From IMG/VR virus record IMGVR_UViG_3300021387_003647: a stretch of DNA of 64,000 bases. One strand, 5' to 3'. Positions within the stretch are counted from its first letter, which is position 1. Every line of letters starts with the position of its first letter. This stretch comes from an uncultured virus (IMG/VR IMGVR_UViG_3300021387_003647) (lineage: Duplodnaviria > Heunggongvirae > Uroviricota > Caudoviricetes). The position numbers were made by a program, and so were the translations under genes. The notes beneath the pieces were generated by a model. The model was given only the letters and a program-made list of their open reading frames with translations, had not been told where the DNA came from and made no database searches. Below are positions 55,430 through 64,000 of this stretch, piece after piece.

Positions 55430-55675
55430 TGTTGCTAATACTCCCAGTCATCTGGAGTGAACTCAATCTTCGGGACCAGTGACCGGGCCCGAGCCTGGGT
55501 AATATAATATTATACTCTGAATTGTGTAGAGGGTTTACATGCTGAAATGTCTGGAAATCCCAAGTAAGCCGTCGACATTTTAATCAATACTTGCAACAGC
55601 GAGAAACAAAAAGTGGAGTTGTAACAACTCCACCAAAATGTTGAAATACAATATCTATAAACAAGGTAACGAAAA

Positions 55676-56533
55676 TTATTCTATTTCTTTTCCGGGATGG
55701 AACTTATTGTAGAGAGCAATAAGCTGCTTGTTGTTCTTCATCCAGCGGACGAATCCGAATCTATCTTCTAAATCCAGTAAGAATACATAGAGATAGAATT
55801 GTATGTTTCCACGAGAAATAGACCCGTATTCTCTACGCATAGCAACCTGGAAGTTAGGGACATCTGACAATTTCTGTACAGTCTTTTCCGGTTCAAGTGC
55901 CATTTTGTCTCCGTATTCTTTCTTGTATTCTTTATAATTCTGACGAATACGTTTGAACATCTCCTTGAACTCAACGATTCGAATATCTTTCTCAGTCCAC
56001 TGCACAGGCTTGAACTTCTTGGCTTCTTGACGTTCGTTATGTTTCTTAATCATATCGACGATCTCCTGACAACCTTTTGCATCAATAAGCAAAACATATG
56101 TCGGAACTTCTTTCTTGTCGTAGTATGGAGCAGAATATGTTTTGTCTTCGATTAACACAAGAGCAGCAATATTCTTTTTTCCTGTGGCTGATACGAGAAC
56201 TTCAGTAGTCGGATTATTCGTCTTTAGAACATTTGCCAAGTCTTTTTCTTCGAATATCTTTTTCTGATAAATGCTGTCGTTCTTTACACTTCCGAGTGGA
56301 ACAGCACCAGTTTCTTTATATAATTTGCCATGCTCATCGAGCATATACATACGATTCAACTTGCCGCGCCAGATAAAACCAATCTGCATATCGGTCTTAC
56401 GTTCCTTGGCAACGTGCTGGCTCTTCATCAGAAACTCACGGACGAGCGAAGACTCGAATGCTTCGTTCAGTTTCTTATTCATCTGTTTGAACAGTTCTTC
56501 AGTGACTGCCTGTTCGGTTATTTCTTTTTTCAT
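55676..56533 (-). CDS. Hypothetical protein, 285 aa (late-type promoter; LNEAFES N-terminus)
   Basis: ORF; ATAAATA at 56562-56568. Confidence 0.8.
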   Translation of the reverse strand: MKKEITEQAVTEELFKQMNKKLNEAFESSLVREFLMKSQHVAKERKTDMQIGFIWRGKLNRMYMLDEHGKLYKETGAVPLGSVKNDSIYQKKIFEEKDLANVLKTNNPTTEVLVSATGKKNIAALVLIEDKTYSAPYYDKKEVPTYVLLIDAKGCQEIVDMIKKHNERQEAKKFKPVQWTEKDIRIVEFKEMFKRIRQNYKEYKKEYGDKMALEPEKTVQKLSDVPNFQVAMRREYGSISRGNIQFYLYVFLLDLEDRFGFVRWMKNNKQLIALYNKFHPGKEIE

Positions 56534-56632
56534 CTTGATAATAAAAATGATTTCTTTTGGTTATTTATCACGAGACAAAAAAGAAAAATTACATCACGGA
56601 AAATCCCGGAGTTTGCTGCTCCAGGATTCTCT

Positions 56633-56971
56633 TTACTCGCTTTCAAATGCATAGTCGAACCGCCAATACGGGAAACCGTCCGAACGATTCTCGTCCTGGA
56701 GTATCCGGCACAGCATGACATCATTGCGCTCCAGGTAAAGTCTCAGAAACTTCTCGATGTCCTCTGCACTCCGGCCGTAGAACGACTGTCCTTCGTTGCC
56801 CCATACTTCCCGACAGCACCGGTTGTACTTCTCATGGTCCCACTGCCACAGACGGTCTGAATAAACAGACTCTTTCGATTCCTTGCCGGAACTGTACACG
56901 AGATTCATCCCGTCAACTTTCTGCTGGCCGTAATAACAGCCCGAACCGTAATAATAGATTACTTCGTCCAT
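56633..56971 (-). CDS. Hypothetical protein, 112 aa
   Basis: Operon ORF. Confidence 0.75.
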   Translation of the reverse strand: MDEVIYYYGSGCYYGQQKVDGMNLVYSSGKESKESVYSDRLWQWDHEKYNRCCREVWGNEGQSFYGRSAEDIEKFLRLYLERNDVMLCRILQDENRSDGFPYWRFDYAFESE

Positions 56972-56977
56972 AGTGTA

Positions 56978-57886
56978 TCATTTTGCGTTGTTATACAAAC
57001 TCTTGACATAGTCCAGGTGCTCACGGCTCATCAGCTTGCCGCTGTAGTTGACGTTCAGGAACACACGCAGCACGTCTTCATCAGTCGCACCTTCGTTAAT
57101 CTCCATCACGTCCAGACCCTGAACGTCCATCGAGAATATGCGGCGGGCATACTCACTGAAGTCTCCGTAGTAGTTGCCGTGCAGGTCAGGGAACTCGTTC
57201 TTCATGAAGCGCATCAACGTGTGGATACGCTGCTTGCCGTCGATGATGTCGTAGAATGCAGCCTCAGTGTTTCCGGCCTTACACTGTTTCTCAACCCACT
57301 CGTAACTGCGCTTGCGCAGCACGATAGTGCCGAGATTCAGATAGTTGTAGATGCTCTCGATGAAGTTCTGCTCGTCTTCGAGTGTCCAGCAGTAGTCGCG
57401 CTGGAAGTACAGTTTCTTGCCGTTCTTGTCATAGACATACGGATTGAAGTTGTATTCCATCACCTTGACACCGTCAATATCGGTGCAGACATTGCCGTTC
57501 TCAATCATCTCTTCAATCTTGAATACGATATGTCCGAGACCCAGTCCGGTATGACGGCAGCACTGCATCCAGTTCTTTGCAATGAACGGATTCACTCCGA
57601 TGAACAGCGGGTCCATCTCGAACGGCACAGTCTCCGGGTCAATGATGGTCGGCTTGCCGTAGTACTCATCCGGATGATAACTCGTGTTACGAACTTCGAA
57701 CTTCCCGTCAGGGAATATCTTCGTAATCGTCACATCGTTCATACCGCGGGTATATGATGCGTTCAGATACTCGGCATCAATATCTACGAGTTGTCCGGCC
57801 TGCAGTTTGCCGTTTACGTAATCCTCGATTAACTTGCGGCGCTTCTCTGTCTGGTACTTGTCCATCTTTGTCTTAACTTGTTTCAT
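56978..57886 (-). CDS. DUF262 (ParB/Srx-fold) domain protein
   Basis: FQRDYCW, IIDGKQR, FLNVN motifs. Confidence 0.85.
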   Translation of the reverse strand: MKQVKTKMDKYQTEKRRKLIEDYVNGKLQAGQLVDIDAEYLNASYTRGMNDVTITKIFPDGKFEVRNTSYHPDEYYGKPTIIDPETVPFEMDPLFIGVNPFIAKNWMQCCRHTGLGLGHIVFKIEEMIENGNVCTDIDGVKVMEYNFNPYVYDKNGKKLYFQRDYCWTLEDEQNFIESIYNYLNLGTIVLRKRSYEWVEKQCKAGNTEAAFYDIIDGKQRIHTLMRFMKNEFPDLHGNYYGDFSEYARRIFSMDVQGLDVMEINEGATDEDVLRVFLNVNYSGKLMSREHLDYVKSLYNNAK

Positions 57887-57926
57887 AATGCTTTGTTATT
57901 TCGTTATACATTTATTAATTATAGTG

Positions 57927-57958
57927 CAAAGATAAACATTTTCTTTCTAACCTGCAAA
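57927..57958 (-). promoter_or_regulatory. Bacteroidota-type promoter TTTG-N20-TATCTTTG
   Basis: Consensus match. Confidence 0.75.
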
Positions 57959-58080
57959 TATTCGGACTGTTTTTTAACATCCTTTAATACTTCGGCGAGA
58001 CTTTTAACAGTCTGTTAACAAAAAACAGACTGCCCATCAAGTGATGAACAGTCCGAAAAACTAAAAAACTTTAAATATGT

Positions 58081-58416
58081 TCATTGATGTTGAACATTGT
58101 CTTCAATGTCGTTCATAATGATTTCCTGCTCCAGATGCACAACGAGTTGGTTGAAGAACATTCGCATCGAGCGGACATTCGTTTGAAGCATCTTGAGTTC
58201 TTTCAGCAATTGCTCGCCGGCTTCGTTGTCGTCTTTCCATATGTCGAAAGCCAGGTTGAATATCTTCTCGCCGAACTCCGTCACTGTTGACATATCTGTA
58301 TCGAGATACAAAGGCGGTTCTTCCATCTCGTTCACTGCCGACTCGTTTAACTGTCCGTCAGCAGCCATGTCCTTGAGCACTTGCTCGTATATCTGTTTTC
58401 GTTTTAAAGAATCCAT
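58081..58416 (-). CDS. Hypothetical protein, 111 aa (late-type promoter)
   Basis: ATAAATA at 58442-58448. Confidence 0.75.
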   Translation of the reverse strand: MDSLKRKQIYEQVLKDMAADGQLNESAVNEMEEPPLYLDTDMSTVTEFGEKIFNLAFDIWKDDNEAGEQLLKELKMLQTNVRSMRMFFNQLVVHLEQEIIMNDIEDNVQHQ

Positions 58417-58526
58417 ATGATTAATATCAGAATTATTTCCTTATTTATCACAAAGAAAAAGAGCCACAAACGAAGTTGTGACTCCAATAAAATAAAACAT
58501 ATTTTATGAGCAAAGTAAATATTGCC

Positions 58527-59279
58527 TTACCACGAGCCACCGGCACCGCCTCCTCCGAAAGAGCCGCCACCAAATGAACCGCCACTGCTTCCCCCACCGG
58601 AACTTCCCCCATCAAAGAATATGACGAGTATCTCTCCTTTCGTTGCGAAACACAGTATAATGAAGAATATAATCAATATGACGAAGATGGTAACAATTAT
58701 CCTGTCAACTTTCTCTGAATATGCTCGCTGACCTTTGTAGAGTTCAACGACACCGTAGTCAAACTTATTGTAAATTGCCTTGACTGTGTTCAGCAGCGCC
58801 TTATCTGGATTCTCATCCTTCATTGCCGGCTTCAGATAATCTTCCGCTATACGGTTACATTCAGCATCAGTCAGTTCCGCTTCCAGTCCTTTACCCGTAG
58901 CGATGAAGTATTTGTGCTGCTGATAAGCAACTACGATGACAAGTCCGCGTCGAGTCTCCTTGCTGCCAACACCGTAGTTGTTGCCGATGTCCTGTGCTAC
59001 GCGGAAACAGTCTGCATCCTGCACTTTCTTTACAATGACAATGACACTCTCGATGCCTTTCCAGTTCAGTTTACGGCAATAGAAGTCAATGCTGTCAACA
59101 GTCGCTGGCTTAATGACGTTATCCGGATTGCAGCACCATTTGGTAGAGTCTCGGAGATGCACCATCGGAATCGTTGATGCATTCCAGTCCTCGTTCTTGT
59201 CCTTGAACCAGTCTCTGATGCCTGCATTAGCGGTCAGAAACTGGCTAAGAACTATGAATATGAACAGAAACTTCTTCAT
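58527..59279 (-). CDS. TPM-domain membrane protein
   Basis: Signal peptide, IATGKGLEAELTD, TM helix, GGGSFGGGGAGGSW tail. Confidence 0.88.
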   Translation of the reverse strand: MKKFLFIFIVLSQFLTANAGIRDWFKDKNEDWNASTIPMVHLRDSTKWCCNPDNVIKPATVDSIDFYCRKLNWKGIESVIVIVKKVQDADCFRVAQDIGNNYGVGSKETRRGLVIVVAYQQHKYFIATGKGLEAELTDAECNRIAEDYLKPAMKDENPDKALLNTVKAIYNKFDYGVVELYKGQRAYSEKVDRIIVTIFVILIIFFIILCFATKGEILVIFFDGGSSGGGSSGGSFGGGSFGGGGAGGSW

Positions 59280-59542
59280 GCTTCTTTTAGATTTGATACA
59301 AATATCTTATACGGGTCTTTGACATTATCTTTATCTTCTGGTTTACAACACACAATATGAATAATTGGTGCCATTGTTCCTTCAGATATTGTATCTATAC
59401 CGAATGATTCAAGATATTCTATTTTTCCTTCAGGAGATACTTTCTCAATAGAAATATTGAACCGTTTCGATATTTCATCGAACTGTTCCGGATTCTGTTC
59501 TCTTAACGAAATCCAGGGTGCTAATAAATCGTGTAATGTCAT
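59276..59542 (-). CDS. Hypothetical protein, 88 aa
   Basis: Between lemA and the TPM gene, ATGA overlap. Confidence 0.7.
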   Translation of the reverse strand: MTLHDLLAPWISLREQNPEQFDEISKRFNISIEKVSPEGKIEYLESFGIDTISEGTMAPIIHIVCCKPEDKDNVKDPYKIFVSNLKEA

Positions 59543-59551
59543 ACTTGTAAC

Positions 59552-60148
59552 TTAATTAAATTCTACTTTAGGCGCTTTGCTTGCATTCTCGTCTGCTTCG
59601 AACTTCGTCATTTTCTCGAAGCCGAACATATTCGCAAAGATGTTGTTAGGGAATGCACGGACAGAGACATTGTAACTCTGAACTGCTTCGTTGTACTTGC
59701 GGCGTGACTCATTGATTCTGTTCTCACATCCTTCGAGCTGGCTCATCAGGTCGGAATATAGACTTGAAGAGACTAGTGTCGGAAAATTCTCAGAAACTGC
59801 TAACAAACGTCCGAGAGCAGCGCTTAACTCTCCTTGTGCTTTCTTGAATTGCTCAAGTTTTTCTGGAGTTAAGTTTTCTGGGTCGATTGTAATTTGAGTT
59901 GCTTTAGCACGAGCTTCAGTTACTTTAATAAAAGTTTCTGATTCATGCTTCGTGTACCCTTTTACAGTCTCAACTAATGACGGCACTAAGTCCGCTCTTC
60001 GCTGATATGATGCTTCTACATCAGCCCACGAAGTTGTGGCTTTCTCCTGGTTAGTCACTAAACTATTATACGAGCAACCCGTATAACAGAACAAAATTAC
60101 GATAATGCCAATAATAATGTGGCTTGTCTTGATACTTTTAAAATCCAT
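59552..60148 (-). CDS. lemA: LemA-family protein
   Basis: YNSLV...YQRRADLVPSLVETVKGY..HE...ENRI...RRKYN...FPNN. Confidence 0.93.
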   Translation of the reverse strand: MDFKSIKTSHIIIGIIVILFCYTGCSYNSLVTNQEKATTSWADVEASYQRRADLVPSLVETVKGYTKHESETFIKVTEARAKATQITIDPENLTPEKLEQFKKAQGELSAALGRLLAVSENFPTLVSSSLYSDLMSQLEGCENRINESRRKYNEAVQSYNVSVRAFPNNIFANMFGFEKMTKFEADENASKAPKVEFN

Positions 60149-60182
60149 TTCTTTAATCTTTTAATTTTATAATATTCTACTA

Positions 60183-60211
60183 ATATTACTTCAAAAAATA
60201 AGAAAAGTCTA
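60183..60211 (-). promoter_or_regulatory. Class II promoter TAGACT-N17-TAATAT
   Basis: 17-bp spacer upstream of lemA. Confidence 0.55.
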
Positions 60212-60351
60212 AAATACGGATTTTCTTTAAATAAATAATTTGTTATTATGACTTTTAATAACAATATGATTTCATTCTCTGCGTTTTCAATTTTGAAACG
60301 CAGAGTTTTTGATAAATAGTATAGAAATCATATTTTATAATTAAAAGTTAT

Positions 60352-62439
60352 ATGCTACAAAAAGAGTTTATTAATAAAATTAAAGAATTATACGGAGATT
60401 TATATGAATTCATAAATCTTCCAGAAATCGTATGTAATAATACAAAACTTGAAGTGTATTGCAAGAAACATAATTGTACGTTCAAAACAGTTTGTTATCA
60501 ATTATTAGAAAAGAAACGTTGTCCAGAATGTATTATCGATGAAAATACTGAACGATTCATTGAACGAGCGAAAGCAATACACGGCGATAAGTTCGATTAT
60601 TCTAAAACGAGATGTATCAGAACCGATGATAAAATCGAAATAATATGCAAAGAACACGGTTCATTCTTTCAACTTCAGTCTAATCATCTAAAGGGTCAAG
60701 GTTGTCCGTATTGCTCTGGTAATGCAAGAATGACAAAGGATGAATTCTTAAAAAGAGCACACGAATTATTCGGTGACACTTATGATTATTCTAAAATCAA
60801 AGACTCTGATGTTAAGAATAGAAATTCTATAGTAACTATTATTTGTAGAATACACGGAGAGTTTCAGCAATCAGTACATAATCATTTAAGAGCAGATATC
60901 GGTTGTCCAAAGTGTGCAGGAAATGCTCGTTTAACAGTAGAATCTTTTATAGAAAAAGCACGAAAAGTCCATGGTGATAAGTATGATTATTCAAAAGTAA
61001 CCGAAATACATAACAATCATCATAAAGTTACAATTATTTGCCCAGTGCATGGAGAATTCCAGCAAACACCACAAAATCATTTAAACGGAACTGGTTGTCC
61101 GAGATGCATTGGTTTATATACAACATTCGATGAATTCCTAAAAACGGCTAAAGAAGTATATGGAGACAAATATGATTATTCTCTTGCGAAAGAAGATTTT
61201 GTGAATATGTCTAAACCGATAAGAGTGATTTGTCCAACACATAGAATATTCGAAATTGTTCCAACTGTTCATGTGCGTTCAAGATGTGGATGTCCCAAAT
61301 GTTCTCATATGAGTACAGAAGAATTTATAGAAAAAGCAAAAGAAGTACATGGTGATAAGTATGACTATTCAATTACTGAATATATAAATTCTTCTACTAA
61401 AATAGCGATTATATGTAAAGAACATGGTGTATTTTATCAATTTCCGTATTCTCATCTTAAAGGATTTGGATGCAGATTGTGTAATATGAAATATCCCATA
61501 AGAACAACAGAAGACTTTATCAGAATAGCATCGGAAGTTCATAATAATTTCTATGATTATAGTAAAACAATATATATAAATACAAAAACTAAAGTAATAA
61601 TAACTTGTCCACAACATGGTGATTTTGAATAGATGGCATATGAACATTTAAATGGACATCGATGCCCAAAATGTTCAGGGAATGTATTTATACCGTTTGA
61701 AGAATTCATTGAAAGAGCAAGAAAGATACACGGTGACAAATATGATTATTCTTTAGCAAGATATGATTACAAAAACAGCAACACGAAAGTTAGAATTATT
61801 TGTCCAAAACATGGTATATTTGAAATTTCTCCAAGTTCACATATAAATGCACAATGCGGGTGTCCGAGATGTTCTCGTCGTTTAGTGACTACTGAAGATT
61901 TTATAGAAAGAGCACGAGAGGTTCACGGAGATAAGTATGATTATTCATTATCTGAATATACGGGCAATAACAACAAATTGATAATCATTTGTCCAAAACA
62001 CGGACCATTCGAACAAATACCACATAATCATCTTCGTGGTCATGGATGTTCTCGTTGCCGTTCTTTGCAATCAAAGATATTGTTGACAGTATTAAATGCA
62101 TTAGAAGAAAACAATATATCGTATTCTGTAGAAAAGATATTCGATTGGCTGAAAGACAAGAGTTATTTGAAACTTGATGTATATCTTCCTGATTACAATA
62201 TTGCTATTGAATGTTAGGGTTATCAACATTTTAGTCCAATACCGATGTACGATAAAGACAATGATAACTTCGAGAAACGAACAAGAAGAGACAAAATAAA
62301 ATATGAGTTATGCAAAGAGCATAATATTCCCGTATTATATTATGCAGAGAAAGAATATGTTTCAGATTACTTTGATAAGATATATACAGATGTCAATGAG
62401 ATAATTGAATATATTTTAAATACAAAAGAGCACTCTTAA
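60352..62439 (+). CDS. Free-standing homing-endonuclease-like protein, 695 aa: 9 DUF723-like zinc-ribbon repeats plus a Vsr/PD-(D/E)xK-like domain; TAG at 61630 and 62215
   Basis: HGDKYDYS...CPxHG.F.Q....HL.G.GCPxC repeats; LDVY...IAIEC(Q)GYQHF; three ORFs in one frame. Confidence 0.87.
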
Positions 62440-62454
62440 CTAGAGTGCTCTTCC

Positions 62455-63018
62455 TTATCCGCCATACAACACGAGCATATCTTTATCGAAGTCGAATGTT
62501 CGGTAGACGAAGATGAGATTGAAGATGGTGTACTCCCAATAATCAGAATTGCTCACTTTATATTCTTCGTCTGGCTTTACTGCAAAATTATACTTCCATT
62601 CGAAACGTTTGTGACGTATATACTCTTTCAGATTAAACAGATGCAAGTCATCCGGAGTGACATCGTTCGTATCGATGCCGTTGTCTTTCATCTCCTGAAC
62701 ATCCGGAGCAGCATACAACTCTTCGAGCCACTTCGTGACTTCTTCTTCGTACTTGTCGATGAACAGGCGGAGTCCGGCTTTCGTCACACGATAGAAGTCT
62801 TCGCCCGTCTCCGGGTTTATCAACTGCTCGAACAGTTCGGGATTCTCCTTCTGCTCCCGACTGATATGCTCTTTCCAGACAGCCGTCCCCTCGTTGTTCA
62901 GAATCTCCTTGCCGTTAATATACGGACGTTCCTCTTCACCGGTCTCGTCATCACGTACTTTCTCCCAGACAACTGGCTCTTTCTTGTCAGCCTTATAGAA
63001 TGAAACTCTCCAACTCAT
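62455..63018 (-). CDS. Hypothetical protein, ~187 aa
   Basis: ATGA overlap at 63015-63018. Confidence 0.75.
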   Translation of the reverse strand: MSWRVSFYKADKKEPVVWEKVRDDETGEEERPYINGKEILNNEGTAVWKEHISREQKENPELFEQLINPETGEDFYRVTKAGLRLFIDKYEEEVTKWLEELYAAPDVQEMKDNGIDTNDVTPDDLHLFNLKEYIRHKRFEWKYNFAVKPDEEYKVSNSDYWEYTIFNLIFVYRTFDFDKDMLVLYGG

Positions 63019-63614
63019 GGTCTTTTGTAAATTAAACATTGACAATAGTAACTTTTATCAGCCCAATCATCATCGCCGATGGCTTTCTCGATAGCCGCGA
63101 ATATATCATCGATAGAATTCACGGCATAGTACGTGGGCTTCTTGGCATAGGGCTTCTTCGGGTCACGGCATTCCAGGAATACCTTGTTCGTAGCGAAGTC
63201 AATCTTGTGAATATCAACTTTCTCATAGACATCCTGACTCTCTGGAAACTTCCTGGTCGGGTCATAGCATACGTATTTCTCTACTTCAAGCAATGGAGCG
63301 GTCTGAAAGAGCCATTGCGTTCCCAGATTCTCACGAAAACGATGAATACGGTACGTTTGATAGTCTTGTTGGAAGCACCGATGCTGTTCGGGAGTAATCT
63401 TGCCGCGTTCCAGCAGAATGTCGAAATCACCCTTATTATGCAGTCCGTATAGACTGTGACCGTGATTACGGGTCAAACTGACAATATCTTCGTCAGTCTG
63501 GACTTTCCTGACTCTCTTCAGATGTTTCTTGTTATCTTCATCGAATGCCTTCTGAATATTGTCCTGATACTGCCGCATCACTTCTTCGTATTTCTTCTTT
63601 TTCTCTTCGGTCAT
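63015..63614 (-). CDS. Hypothetical protein, 199 aa
   Basis: Operon ORF. Confidence 0.75.
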   Translation of the reverse strand: MTEEKKKKYEEVMRQYQDNIQKAFDEDNKKHLKRVRKVQTDEDIVSLTRNHGHSLYGLHNKGDFDILLERGKITPEQHRCFQQDYQTYRIHRFRENLGTQWLFQTAPLLEVEKYVCYDPTRKFPESQDVYEKVDIHKIDFATNKVFLECRDPKKPYAKKPTYYAVNSIDDIFAAIEKAIGDDDWADKSYYCQCLIYKRP

Positions 63615-63626
63615 AACTCTATTAAT

Positions 63627-64000
63627 TTAAATAAAACCTTCAAATATATTCATATCGTGCATGTCGAAATGCTTAATGACCGAGATTGCTTCCGGCGGGA
63701 TATTGTCGGCAGTGAATATCCCGAACGGGATGAAGTTCTGGTCGTACATCAAATTCGTGTCATTGCGCAACTTTGACACATCAATGCGATAATACGTGTA
63801 CTCATAATCGTTGACGTACTCATCATCCCGCTTCGGCAGGACAATCGTAAACAATTTCTCTATAATGTCCAGCAGCATTGAATCATCCATCTCTGCATAT
63901 CCGTCATCAGTGTGGGTATTATCCAGGAACAGATATATCCGGTCTGGATAGGAGAACATCCGGTTCTTACTCTTCGGGACAAGTCCCTGCTTCAGAATCT
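63627..64000 (-). CDS. Partial ART-fold protein, paralog of 52204..53145
   Basis: ILKQGLVPKSKNRMFSYPDRIYLF...YDQNF...NIPPEAI parallels ILENGLLPSHGGRTYTYPDKRVFF...WDPN...PIPADYL. Confidence 0.6.
   Translation of the reverse strand, partial: ILKQGLVPKSKNRMFSYPDRIYLFLDNTHTDDGYAEMDDSMLLDIIEKLFTIVLPKRDDEYVNDYEYTYYRIDVSKLRNDTNLMYDQNFIPFGIFTADNIPPEAISVIKHFDMHDMNIFEGFI

Noticed and set aside
55430..55600. RNase P, SRP, 6S or tmRNA assignment
   Set aside because: Only a partial CGGCTTA resemblance; the other diagnostic motifs are absent, so it is kept as an unassigned candidate

Overview
This is a 64-kb segment of a large (jumbo/mega) T4-like phage infecting a Bacteroidota host, probably Prevotella/Bacteroides-like, inferred from repeated TTTG-N19/20-TAnnTTTG promoters. 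The genome uses an alternative code in which TAG reads as Gln (code 15, as established for Lak and some crAss-like phages). Reading TAG as Q rejoins or extends 15 genes (30 TAG codons counted by hand) and uncovers genes missing from the ORF track, including a GH24 lysozyme. No plausible gene in the window ends in TAG. Content: tandem NlpC/P60 and GH24 hydrolases sharing a C-terminal tag; a ~2790-aa fibre/adhesin-like protein; 1744- and 533-aa virion-like proteins; a gp21-like protease; DnaB/gp41 helicase; RtcB; RNase H; Nudix; a PD-(D/E)xK nuclease; two HU-like proteins; two ART-fold proteins; LemA, TPM and PspC; tRNA-Arg(CCG); a 9-repeat zinc-ribbon endonuclease; and three TnpB genes with no TnpA. 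Three promoter classes are visible: host-type, a sigma70-like TAGACT-N17-TATAAT class, and a T4-late-like ATAAATA class. In-frame TAG is absent from genes behind host-type promoters. The most novel-looking system is a family of TAG-gated TnpB elements behind late-type promoters. It includes a 265-bp internally deleted copy that keeps the covarying omega-RNA-like hairpins (a candidate stand-alone guide cassette), and its right end supplies a promoter and start codon to the downstream gene. All calls come from manual reading; no database searches were run.
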